From NCBI GenBank assembly GCA_029880265.1, contig JAOUOT010000001.1:19485-83484 (forward strand): DNA of 64,000 nucleotides, in the 5' to 3' direction. A program made the position numbers and the translations under genes. How positions within the stretch are numbered: position 1 is the first letter of the stretch; every line of letters starts with the position of its first letter. The notes below the pieces were generated by a model. That model saw nothing but the letters and a program-made list of their open reading frames with translations, had not been told where the DNA came from and ran no database searches. This document shows, piece by piece, positions 38,033 through 47,313 of this stretch. Origin of the DNA: Spirochaetia bacterium. GTDB lineage: Bacteria > Spirochaetota > Leptospiria > Turneriellales > JAOUOS01.

Positions 38033-39273
38033 TCATGTTCTCTCATAGCGGGATTTTTATCAATGATATTATCTGGAGTGAATATCGGCGATACTTTTTC
38101 AGAAAAATTAACAATATCTACAAATAAACTTCGCAGCAATATGATTGCCTCGGGATTTTTACTTACTAAATAAGAAAACAGCTTAACCGGACGATAGGGT
38201 ACGTCGCCCACTCCGTCTTTGTTTAAATCATACCCCGTATAATCGCTCCAGTAATTGTTATCAAACTCATTATCATTAATATTGCTGTGATATGAAAGAT
38301 CAAATGCGTTTCCTGAAAAATTATTCTTTTTGATTATATTTTTATAGCATGCTCCGGCTACTTTTATGGCCCAACCGTTTGATTTGAAATAATTATCGAT
38401 ATAATTGACTCTGGTTGAGCCTTCAACATGTATAGCGATTGTATTTTCAAGAAACGCATTGTTAATAATTTCGGCGTCATAAATTTCTTTAAGTAAAAGG
38501 CCGTAAGAAGCTGTTCCCCAGTTTTCACTGAATACATTATTTTCCATTGTAATAAACTTAGAAAACATGACCGCTACCCCGGCGCCATTTTTATAAAATT
38601 TATTTTTTATATACGCGTTATTATTTGAAAACATAAAATGCAATCCATAACGATAATTATTATATGCGTTATTATTTTCAATCAAACTATCTTTTACAAA
38701 CTCAAAATATATGCCGTCTCGCATGCCATATATATTATTGTTCTTTATTATTAAATAAGCGCAATCCCACGCATTAATTCCGCTGCCGATAGCATGTTGT
38801 TCCTGATCGCCGCTGAAAATTTGATTGCTTTCAATAAAGCCATATTTCGACTTCTCTACTTTTATGCCTGATAACACTTTTTCAAAATAGTTGTTTTTTA
38901 TTGTAAAATTGTTGCTTTTATAAACAAGAATTGCCACATAATCTTTAATATTGCTGTAACCGACATTTCTAAAGATTAGATTTTCTATTTTGACATTATC
39001 AGCTTTAATGAGAAGAATGGTTCCCTTATTATTGGCGTCTATGACAGCGCCTTTTTCGCCTCTAAGAGTTAAGCTTTTTTTTATTACAATGTTATTTTCT
39101 GTAAAAACTTCGTTATGTAAGATAATTTCATCGCCGCTATCGGCGTGTTTTATCGCCGCTTTTATTGTTTTATACTCACAAAGAGAACAAACATTTCGTG
39201 ACTTAGCGGCAATAAAACCCGAGGTATAAAGCGGCAAAATAACGATTACTAAAAGAAAATAGTAAAATCGCAT
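38029..39273 (-). CDS. nosD: Periplasmic copper-binding beta-helix protein NosD
   Basis: Signal peptide. Repeated right-handed beta-helix/CASH repeats (NNxxxxNxxxGxxxxxSxNNxxxxN pattern), as in NosD. Between nosB-like and nosF. Confidence 0.8.
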   Translation of the reverse strand: MRFYYFLLVIVILPLYTSGFIAAKSRNVCSLCEYKTIKAAIKHADSGDEIILHNEVFTENNIVIKKSLTLRGEKGAVIDANNKGTILLIKADNVKIENLIFRNVGYSNIKDYVAILVYKSNNFTIKNNYFEKVLSGIKVEKSKYGFIESNQIFSGDQEQHAIGSGINAWDCAYLIIKNNNIYGMRDGIYFEFVKDSLIENNNAYNNYRYGLHFMFSNNNAYIKNKFYKNGAGVAVMFSKFITMENNVFSENWGTASYGLLLKEIYDAEIINNAFLENTIAIHVEGSTRVNYIDNYFKSNGWAIKVAGACYKNIIKKNNFSGNAFDLSYHSNINDNEFDNNYWSDYTGYDLNKDGVGDVPYRPVKLFSYLVSKNPEAIILLRSLFVDIVNFSEKVSPIFTPDNIIDKNPAMREHE

Positions 39274-39289
39274 TAACTAGTTATAATCT

Positions 39290-39952
39290 TTAAGCTTTTT
39301 TAATTTTATTAGCCGCATAACGAATATAAAAAGCTAAAAGACCCAAGCCCATACTGATAAATATCACAAAAGACCCAATATGAGGATACGAGTGCGCCAC
39401 AAAATTTAAGATTGTTTTTGAACCAATAACGGGCGGTTGAAACCCCATAGGGTTTCCGTTCTCGTCTTTAAATTTTAAGATTGCGTTGGGGTCAAGATCA
39501 TGACCATAATCATACTCCCATTTATAGAAATCATAAAGGCCTATACTTCCTAAAACCGCCATAATTAAAAACCACAGAAGATAAAGCTTATCATTTCCTA
39601 TTATTCCAAAAAGAATGGATATAGCCCCCATAATCATTATTACATAGGGAAAAATCTCAAACTCTGCCATGTGTTCTGGAATTTCTTTCATTCCCACATA
39701 ATGATTTAATATATTAATATTTTTTATATCATGTGTATCTTCTCCCTGATCCATTATTTTATCAAGATAAATATTCATTCCAAGAGGGTGCGGATACTGC
39801 GGTGCCTCAAGCTGAATGTTCCATAGTGGCAGCCAAAGAGTTGTCAGCAAAAGAAATCCGCCTGCTATCATAAATACCCGCGAGTACATTCTATCGTTAC
39901 CAATTAGTTTTTGCAGAATATTTGATAATATTGTTTTAACTGAGTTTAACAT
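39290..39952 (-). CDS. Four-TM membrane protein, nosB-like (unknown function, characteristic of clade II nos clusters)
   Basis: Predicted four TM helices. Position immediately downstream of nosZ and upstream of nosD matches the nosB position in clade II loci. No sequence-level verification possible here. Confidence 0.45.
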   Translation of the reverse strand: MLNSVKTILSNILQKLIGNDRMYSRVFMIAGGFLLLTTLWLPLWNIQLEAPQYPHPLGMNIYLDKIMDQGEDTHDIKNINILNHYVGMKEIPEHMAEFEIFPYVIMIMGAISILFGIIGNDKLYLLWFLIMAVLGSIGLYDFYKWEYDYGHDLDPNAILKFKDENGNPMGFQPPVIGSKTILNFVAHSYPHIGSFVIFISMGLGLLAFYIRYAANKIKKA

Positions 39953-40140
39953 TTTTGTTCCTTATTTGTTCCTTAAAAGTAATTTAATTTTATAAAATCA
40001 AGATTTTTTGATTTTGCTTTTATTTGTTACTCTAAGATCATTGCCATTTTTTGACATATCTTATCAATAACAATATTATAATACTCTAAAATATGAAAAC
40101 CGGAAATATTTTTTTATTTTTTTTATTTTTTTTAAGAAGA

Positions 40141-40177
40141 ATTTTCCGGAAAACCAAAGCATGGTTTTCCGGAAAAT
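40141..40177. other. Perfect 16-bp-stem palindrome (ATTTTCCGGAAAACCA-AAGCA-TGGTTTTCCGGAAAAT) in the nosZ-nosB intergenic region
   Basis: Seen directly. Revcomp of 40141-40156 equals 40162-40177. Flanked by a long T-rich (A-rich on the coding strand) tract, so not a canonical terminator for the minus-strand transcript. Confidence 0.6.
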
Positions 40178-40200
40178 ATTTACGCGAGTTTGTTTTTCGC

Positions 40201-42171
40201 TTATTCTACATCTACCGGATCGTCGTCTAATGTATATTTTATAGGAACATTAGAACCTGCCGCCGATACTCGTACATAGCCCTGCATTTCTTGATGCAAT
40301 GCCGAACAAAAGTCTGTACAGTAAAATGGCCATACGCCAGGTTTTTTAGGATACCAAACAGAGGTTTCTGTTTGACCAGGCATAACCAACAGCTCTGATG
40401 ATTGCTGACCCATCATCGCAAAACCATGTGGTACGTCATAATCTTGCTCAAAGTTAGTAAGGTGAAAATAAACCGTATCGCCTACTTTAATGCCCTCTAT
40501 AACGTCAGGCACAAAGTGACTTCGAATCATGCCCATATAAACATGAACTTCTTTGCCTTTACGTACAACTCTTGTTTTTTCGGGAGTTTTTACAGCGTAA
40601 GGGTGTTTATTATCTTCAAGCTTGAATATCTTTACAGATCTGTCTTTTATTTTAGAAGCGGGAATACCGGCTGCATAATGAGGCTCTCCGTGAGTAGGAA
40701 AGTCGTTAATCATGACCATCTTCTCGCCTGAAATATCAAACAACTGCGCAGAATGGTTAACTTCAGGGCCAGTAGGAAGATATCTGTCTTTTGTAATTTT
40801 ATTCATTGCAAGCAGGTATTTTCCGAATGGCTTTCTTGAGTTACCGCCGGGAATCATCAAGTGACCAACAGAATAAAAAGTCGGTTTCCTATCGACAACT
40901 TCCCAGGTTCCCAGCTTCCATTTTACAATTTCAGAAGAAATAAAGAACGATGTATAAGCGTGACCTTCTCCGTCAAATTCTGTATGAAGAGGGCCCAAAC
41001 CGGTTTTTACTTCGCCGGCAAGAACAGCTTCATAATTAAGAACCGGAATACCATAAGCTTCGCCGTCAAACTTTTTTTCTTCAATTGCTTTTAACATTTT
41101 AGTAAACGAGTGAGCCGTCGCCTGAGCTTCAAGCTTACCGCTTCCTACGATATACTCGCCGGTAGGATCAACGTCGCATCCGTGTGGCGATTTTTTAATC
41201 GGAAGAAAATAAACTAAGCCTGGTAATTTAGAAGGATCTAATACTCTTACTTTTTTACCCCAGCTTGTTGTAGCCATATGCGTATGCTCATCGTATACGT
41301 TATGAGCAAAGTTTGTGTTCCATGTTTCGAATTTTCCGGCTTTTAAGTACTCTTCAGCTTTTTTCCAGTTGATCGCCGCAATATAATCTTTCTCTTTCTG
41401 AGAAGCGTTTACTTCTAACAGCGTATGTCCTTCGTCTACGTTATAAGTAGTGAAGAAAAACCAGCCGTGAGATTTACCTCGACCGGGGTGCGCCTTGTCA
41501 TAGTCAAAACCGGGCATTAAGATTTGAAAACCTTCTTTTTCAAGGTCCATTCTGCCGTCTTTACCTACTTTTACGAAAGAGGTCATGCCTTTAAAATTAC
41601 CTTTGTACTGATTAACGGGCATATCTCTTTGTGGAGTAGGTATACCAAAACGGGTACTTGCTACAACATACTCTGTATTCTCTGTCAAGTATGGCGAAGC
41701 ATGGTTACCGGCCGCATGTGGGATTTCTATGATCTCTACAGTCTCAAAGATACTTAAATCAATTCGCGCGATACGCGGCGTGTTGTTTTCATTAATGAAA
41801 ACCCAGCGTCCGTCAAGTTCGCCGTTTGTCTGAGAAATATCAGGATGGTGCGAATCGCCCCAGGGAATAAAACCATGCGAAGTCATAAGCATTGGTTTTG
41901 TTTCTTCGTTATAACCATACGCTTTTTCTCCGTCCTGCGTAAAAACAGGAATCACTTTTAAAGTGCGTCCCGAAGGCAGCCCGATAATTGAAAGCTGTCC
42001 GCTGAATCCGCCAGATATCATGCCGTAAAATTCGTCATATTGTCCCGGTGGAACAAAGGCTCTTTCGGCTATGCTTTTGCCGCCTCCAGCGCCTGCGCCA
42101 CAGTTTGCAAAACCTGCAACCGCCGCAAGCAGAGAAAGAGCGACAATTGTTATCAATGTCTTTTTTTTCAT
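40201..42171 (-). CDS. nosZ: Nitrous oxide reductase NosZ, clade II (Sec-type / lipoprotein-like signal, no Tat motif, no C-terminal heme domain)
   Basis: N-terminal beta-propeller region with conserved His ligands. C-terminal cupredoxin CuA motif (FYCTDFCSALHQEMQGYVRV). Signal peptide MKKKTLITIVALSLLAAVAGFANC with no twin-arginine, followed by a Gly-rich segment. GAGGT RBS. Confidence 0.9.
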   Translation of the reverse strand: MKKKTLITIVALSLLAAVAGFANCGAGAGGGKSIAERAFVPPGQYDEFYGMISGGFSGQLSIIGLPSGRTLKVIPVFTQDGEKAYGYNEETKPMLMTSHGFIPWGDSHHPDISQTNGELDGRWVFINENNTPRIARIDLSIFETVEIIEIPHAAGNHASPYLTENTEYVVASTRFGIPTPQRDMPVNQYKGNFKGMTSFVKVGKDGRMDLEKEGFQILMPGFDYDKAHPGRGKSHGWFFFTTYNVDEGHTLLEVNASQKEKDYIAAINWKKAEEYLKAGKFETWNTNFAHNVYDEHTHMATTSWGKKVRVLDPSKLPGLVYFLPIKKSPHGCDVDPTGEYIVGSGKLEAQATAHSFTKMLKAIEEKKFDGEAYGIPVLNYEAVLAGEVKTGLGPLHTEFDGEGHAYTSFFISSEIVKWKLGTWEVVDRKPTFYSVGHLMIPGGNSRKPFGKYLLAMNKITKDRYLPTGPEVNHSAQLFDISGEKMVMINDFPTHGEPHYAAGIPASKIKDRSVKIFKLEDNKHPYAVKTPEKTRVVRKGKEVHVYMGMIRSHFVPDVIEGIKVGDTVYFHLTNFEQDYDVPHGFAMMGQQSSELLVMPGQTETSVWYPKKPGVWPFYCTDFCSALHQEMQGYVRVSAAGSNVPIKYTLDDDPVDVE

Positions 42172-42199
42172 TTTTTACCTCATACTTTTTGTTAAATTT

Positions 42200-42649
42200 T
42201 TATTTTTTACCCGAATCATACTTTCTGAAATATTCCAGAACAGATCGAGCTTCTTGTTCAGTCAAATTTTGCTGTGCCATAGGAGCAGTGTACTGTTTCA
42301 ACAATGCATTAGCTGTCGCATTCTTCTGAATCATTTCAATAGGATTCAAAATCATATTCATGATCCACTCAGGACGTCTTCTTTTTGTAACGTCTTCTAA
42401 AGGCGGCCCTACCAAACGTTTGGTCATCTTATGGCAAGCGGCGCATTTTAGCTTAAAGACCTTTTCGCCCTCTTTGACTAGTTTTCCGTCAATATCAGCC
42501 AACTGCATTGATTTAACGGGCCCAATGCCTATATCGTCTTTTGGATCAATTGGAACAAGAGCCTCTTCTTTTGGCTCTTCTTTTTTTTCTTCACCGCAAT
42601 AAAATGTGAATACAACCGATAATGCAGCAAAAATAATTAGTTTTTTCAT
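42200..42649 (-). CDS. Mono-heme c-type cytochrome (probable electron donor to NosZ)
   Basis: Signal peptide/lipobox-like FYC. Single CAACH heme-binding motif and Met ligand region. 28 bp upstream of nosZ. Confidence 0.7.
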   Translation of the reverse strand: MKKLIIFAALSVVFTFYCGEEKKEEPKEEALVPIDPKDDIGIGPVKSMQLADIDGKLVKEGEKVFKLKCAACHKMTKRLVGPPLEDVTKRRRPEWIMNMILNPIEMIQKNATANALLKQYTAPMAQQNLTEQEARSVLEYFRKYDSGKK

Positions 42650-42678
42650 TCGTCAAGCGCTCCTTAAGTTCTAGTTCT

Positions 42679-43263
42679 CTACTTATCTGAAGGCACAAGT
42701 ACGTCGCCAATGACATGAATCCAGCCATTGCTGACCTTCACCGATTTAAGAATTTTTGTTCCGCCGACCATTAAATCGTTGCCTTTTTTTGTAACTTCCA
42801 GAGTTTTGCCTGACGCCATGCCTAATCGACGCTGTTTGCGAATATTTTTTTCCAGCGTCTCTACCGGAAAATTTGCGGGCGCGACATGGTGCGTCAAGAT
42901 ATAAGCCAGCTTTCCTTTGTTTTCAGGCTTTACCAAAGTTTCTACGGTACCCGCAGGAAGTTTGTCAAATGCTGAATTAAGCGGCGCAAAAATTGTAAGC
43001 GGACCTACGTTTACGACCGCGTCTTGCACTCCGGCAGCTTCAATCGCCGCAACCAAAGTAGAAAAATCGGGTATTGACTTTGCTACCTGCAGCGCATTTG
43101 CCGCCGATACATCATCTTTTACAGCAGACTGACCCTTTGGAGCCGGTTGCTCAGGGGCTCCGCCGCCGCCGCCGCAAGCTATCATTGATGTCAGCAATAT
43201 CGAAAAAAAAGCCATTATTGACTTTTTTATCATTTTGTTTTTTCTCATAATCTCCTCCTTCAT
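42679..43263 (-). CDS. Fasciclin (FAS1) domain lipoprotein
   Basis: H1/H2-like FAS1 motifs (FTIFAPLNSAFDKLPAGT ... LTHHV). Lipobox-like MIAC followed by GGGGGAPEQPAPKG linker. First gene of the nos gene string. Confidence 0.65.
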   Translation of the reverse strand: MKEEIMRKNKMIKKSIMAFFSILLTSMIACGGGGGAPEQPAPKGQSAVKDDVSAANALQVAKSIPDFSTLVAAIEAAGVQDAVVNVGPLTIFAPLNSAFDKLPAGTVETLVKPENKGKLAYILTHHVAPANFPVETLEKNIRKQRRLGMASGKTLEVTKKGNDLMVGGTKILKSVKVSNGWIHVIGDVLVPSDK

Positions 43264-43590
43264 TCAAATGAGATATTTATCTAATTTTTATTAGCTTTCG
43301 CCTTTAAAATTCACTTTATTGTCATTAAAAATTCGATAGGCAAAAATAAATTTGACCCGAGAAACATATCAGATAATTTAATTTCGGCAAGTTTACAGAT
43401 ATATGATCCCTTTTTTTGCTTTCTATCATCACCTTATGACAATAATTAATTTTGCACACTGTCTATTTGTCTATTTTGCAATGTTGTAACCATGCGCATA
43501 AATTACATGTATTGTCCATTGTTTTTTTATTTTTTATATAAAAAATAAACTTTCAATTGACATCTGTTAGAGCGCCTATGTTTTGACATT

Positions 43591-46500
43591 ATGTCCCATG
43601 GCGCAGAAAATCATTCTGTTGAAAAAATCGCAAAAAAATCTATTTCAGATACTTTTGTGCATTTGCATCTTCACTCTGTTTACTCGCTGTTAGACGGGGC
43701 CATACCAATAAAAGATCTAATTGCTCACGTAAAAGCCGAAGGCATGACTTCTGTTGCCATCACCGATCATGGCAATATGTTCGGGGCCGTAGATTTTTAT
43801 AGCGAAGCCATTTCACAAGGCATTAAACCAATTTTAGGGTGCGAATTCTATGTTGCGTCGTCCCGTTTTGAGCGAAAAGCTAAAGACGAAATTAACGACG
43901 GCGGAGCTTATCATTTCGTTTTGCTTGCAAAAAACAAAATAGGTTATAAAAATTTATCTATATTATCTTCAAAATCTTACACAGAAGGGTTCTACCGAAA
44001 ACCTCGCATTGATTATGAGCTTTTAGCGAAACACTCAGAAGGGTTAATCGGGCTTTCAGGTTGTCTGGCAGGAGAAATAAATCGCAAGATTTTAAGACAA
44101 GATACGAAAGAAGCCCTGAACCTCGCCGGGTATCTAAATGAAATAATGGGAAAAGATAATTTTTATCTGGAACTACAGAGACACGGAATTCCCGAACAAG
44201 ATATTTGTTCAAAAGAAATAATTGAAATTCATAAAAAGACAAACATCCCCCTGATTCTTACAAACGACGCTCACTTTTTGAAAAGAGAAGACAGAGACGC
44301 CCAGGATATCATGCTTCGAATTCAAATGCAGAAAAAAATAGACGAAGTCATAAATTTCGGTTTTAACGAAGAGTTCTATGTGAAATCAGCCCTTGAAATG
44401 AAACAACTTTTTCCCGATCATCTTGAAGCTTTTTACAATACGCAAAAAATTGCCGATATGGTTGATTTGCAAATGGAATTTGGAACGCCTCTTCTGCCCC
44501 GCTTTGAAACTCCTGAAAATATTTCGCTTGCCGACTATCTTGAAAAACTTTCTTTTGAAGGGCTAAAAAGTAAATTTAAAGAATCAGAAGTTCCCAGAGA
44601 ATATTTAGATAGGCTAAAAACAGAATTAGAAGTCATTGGCCGAATGAATTTTGACGGTTATTTTTTGATTGTATCCGATTTCATTTCATATGCAAAACAA
44701 AACGGAATACCTGTTGGTCCGGGAAGAGGTTCGGCCGCCGGCTCGATGGTTGCATATTCATTGGGCATTACCGATATTGACCCTATAAAATACGGCCTTC
44801 TTTTTGAGAGGTTTTTAAATCCTTCTAGAAACGAAATGCCCGATATTGATATCGATTTTTGCCGAGATAGACGCGAAGAAGTTATAAGTTATGTGGTAAA
44901 TAAATACGGGGCCGACCATGTATCGCAAATTATAACATTCGGAAGGCTCTCGGCCAAGGCTGTAATTAAAGACGTCGCTCGGGTTTTAGGGTTTGATTTT
45001 TCTGAAATAAATAACGTCTGCAAAGCCGTGCCAAATACGCCGGGCATTTCTCTTGACGACGCAGTAACAGAAACGCAAGAGCTAAAAAAGTTTTTTGCTC
45101 GCGGAGAACAAGAAAAAAAGCTATGGAGAATTGCCAAAACCTTAGAGGGGCTGCCTCGGCACGCGGGAAAGCATGCCGCCGGTTTAGTGATAGCCCCTTC
45201 AAAACTCGAAGAAATTATTCCTCTAGCGGTAGATACGAAAACAGGCGCCGTTATGTCTCAATATGACAAAGGTCCGCTTGAAAAAGTAGGTCTTGTTAAA
45301 ATGGATCTTCTGGGGTTAAAAAACTTAACGATCATCCAAAAAACATTAAATGAAATAAAAAGAAGACATAACAAAGAAGTTCCCATTGATAAATTGCCTT
45401 TAGACGACGAATCTGTTTTTAAACTTTTACAAAAAGGGCAGACAAGCGGCATTTTTCAGGTTGAAAACCACGGAATGACAAAGATGTTAACACGGGCCAA
45501 GCCTCAAAAGTTTGAAGATATCATTGCCTGTATAGCATTATATAGACCCGGACCTTTACAATCGGGAATGACCGAAGAATATATTAAAAGGCGCAATGGC
45601 GAGGTAAAAGTTACTTATCCGCATAACGACCTGGCGAACATCTTAAAAGAAACCTACGGCACAATAGTTTATCAGGAACAAGTCATGCTTATTTCGCAGA
45701 TAATAGGCGGATTTTCAATGGCAGAAGCGGATACTTTAAGAAAGGCCATGGGCAAAAAAAAGCAAGACGTAATGGATAAGCTCAAAACCGACTTTATGAA
45801 AGGGGCAAAAGCGAAAGGCCATAACGAAAAATGGGCGTCTGATCTTTTTGATATGATGGCAGAATTCGGCAAGTATGGTTTTAATAAATCTCATTCTGCC
45901 GCATACGGCATGATAACTTATCAGACGGCCTATTTAAAAGCGCATTTTACTATAGAATTTATTAAAGCAAACCTTGACGCCGATATTGAAACTCCCGAAA
46001 AACTTATATCTTCAATTAGAACAGCCCGAGAAATGGGCATTGAGGTATTGCCGCCTGATATTAACGAATCAGACCTTTATTTTACAATTATTGACGATAA
46101 GAAAATAAGGTATGGTTTACTGGCTCTAAAGGGCCTCGGCAGAACAGCGGTAGAGGTCATATTAAAAGCGCGCGAGCAAGGGTCTTTTCAAAATATTTTT
46201 GACTTTGCCAAAAGAGTCGACTCTAAATATTTTAATAAAAAAACCTTTGAATCGCTGACGTTTTCAGGCGCTACAGATTGCTTTAATAAATCAAGAGCCG
46301 CTTTATATGATAATCTCGAAAATATTTTATCTTTTGGAAGCAGAGAGCAACAAGACAAATCAATCGGGCAGGAAGTTCTTTTTCAAGACAGCGATACCGC
46401 GTCTATAGTCGGCGAGATACAAGACAAAGAAGAGTGGAGCTCTGATAGAAAGCTGATGCTTGAAAAACAAATTATAGGATTTTATTTAAATTCACATCCC

Positions 46501-47142
46501 GTAGATATGTATAAAGACATGATAGATTTTTCAAATATCACGTATATTGACGATATTGACGACGGAGTTAGTAAAGAAAGGCTCATTAATATTCTTGGCG
46601 TTATTGAGAAAATTAAAATGGTTACGCCAAAAAGAGGCAATGCCTTTTATTCTCTTACTGTTTCTGATATTTCAGGAGAAATAGAGGTTAGGGTATATAA
46701 CTCGCTTTATCAAAAAAGTATTGATTACATTGTTGAAAATGGCGTAGTTCTTATGAATATTAAGGCGACCATACATAGAGACGAGAATATGGTTAATATA
46801 ATATTTACGGCTAACAGTTTTTCTGCCGTAGAAGAAATTGAAAATATGGTAGAAAAAAGTCTCCATATACATCTTTTATCTTCAAAAAATCTCTCTCTTA
46901 GAGAACAAATATCAAATTTAAAAGAAACATTAAAAAAATTTCCCGGAAAAGTTCCCGTTTTTATTCATTATAAAGATCATCAAAGCGATATTCAGGTTGT
47001 TCGCGTACATCCTATGTATTTTGTCAATAACTCGCCTGAACTAAGCGATAAATTAACTGAAATATTAATATCAGCAAGGCATTTTGCCTGGCGAATCGGC
47101 GATAAGGTCTACATCGACGAAAAAGAAAGAAAAGCGATTTAA
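43591..47142 (+). CDS. dnaE: DNA polymerase III alpha subunit DnaE
   Basis: PHP domain start FVHLHLHSVYSLLDGA. Polymerase core motifs (GRGSAAGSMVAYSLGITDIDP, MPDIDIDF). C-terminal OB-fold. 1183 aa. Confidence 0.95.
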   Translation: MSHGAENHSVEKIAKKSISDTFVHLHLHSVYSLLDGAIPIKDLIAHVKAEGMTSVAITDHGNMFGAVDFYSEAISQGIKPILGCEFYVASSRFERKAKDEINDGGAYHFVLLAKNKIGYKNLSILSSKSYTEGFYRKPRIDYELLAKHSEGLIGLSGCLAGEINRKILRQDTKEALNLAGYLNEIMGKDNFYLELQRHGIPEQDICSKEIIEIHKKTNIPLILTNDAHFLKREDRDAQDIMLRIQMQKKIDEVINFGFNEEFYVKSALEMKQLFPDHLEAFYNTQKIADMVDLQMEFGTPLLPRFETPENISLADYLEKLSFEGLKSKFKESEVPREYLDRLKTELEVIGRMNFDGYFLIVSDFISYAKQNGIPVGPGRGSAAGSMVAYSLGITDIDPIKYGLLFERFLNPSRNEMPDIDIDFCRDRREEVISYVVNKYGADHVSQIITFGRLSAKAVIKDVARVLGFDFSEINNVCKAVPNTPGISLDDAVTETQELKKFFARGEQEKKLWRIAKTLEGLPRHAGKHAAGLVIAPSKLEEIIPLAVDTKTGAVMSQYDKGPLEKVGLVKMDLLGLKNLTIIQKTLNEIKRRHNKEVPIDKLPLDDESVFKLLQKGQTSGIFQVENHGMTKMLTRAKPQKFEDIIACIALYRPGPLQSGMTEEYIKRRNGEVKVTYPHNDLANILKETYGTIVYQEQVMLISQIIGGFSMAEADTLRKAMGKKKQDVMDKLKTDFMKGAKAKGHNEKWASDLFDMMAEFGKYGFNKSHSAAYGMITYQTAYLKAHFTIEFIKANLDADIETPEKLISSIRTAREMGIEVLPPDINESDLYFTIIDDKKIRYGLLALKGLGRTAVEVILKAREQGSFQNIFDFAKRVDSKYFNKKTFESLTFSGATDCFNKSRAALYDNLENILSFGSREQQDKSIGQEVLFQDSDTASIVGEIQDKEEWSSDRKLMLEKQIIGFYLNSHPVDMYKDMIDFSNITYIDDIDDGVSKERLINILGVIEKIKMVTPKRGNAFYSLTVSDISGEIEVRVYNSLYQKSIDYIVENGVVLMNIKATIHRDENMVNIIFTANSFSAVEEIENMVEKSLHIHLLSSKNLSLREQISNLKETLKKFPGKVPVFIHYKDHQSDIQVVRVHPMYFVNNSPELSDKLTEILISARHFAWRIGDKVYIDEKERKAI

Positions 47143-47313
47143 TAAACTCTTTTTTTTTTCGATTTCTCCTTTTGTTTATATAATAAAAATTAATAGTATG
47201 AAATGTAGGTTGAAAATATTCTACAAATCACAATCACGCCAATGGCCGATGATAGAGAATTGTAATGTAAAAAATTACTTTACAATGAATCGTTATATTT
47301 TTGGAATGTAGTA

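Noticed and set aside
40402-42400. Short + strand ORFs overlapping nosZ and the nosZ/cyt c junction (40402, 40861, 41524, 42048, 42071, 42360)
   Set aside because: Antisense to nosZ and the cytochrome gene. No motifs. AT-rich antisense artefacts.
43403-43489. 28-codon hydrophobic mini-ORF (MIPFFAFYHHLMTIINFAHCLFVYFAML) in the nos/dnaE divergent spacer
   Set aside because: No Shine-Dalgarno sequence. AT-rich context makes chance ORFs likely. Retained only as a remote leader-peptide possibility.
43958-46872. Short - strand ORFs inside dnaE
   Set aside because: Antisense within an essential, fully intact gene.
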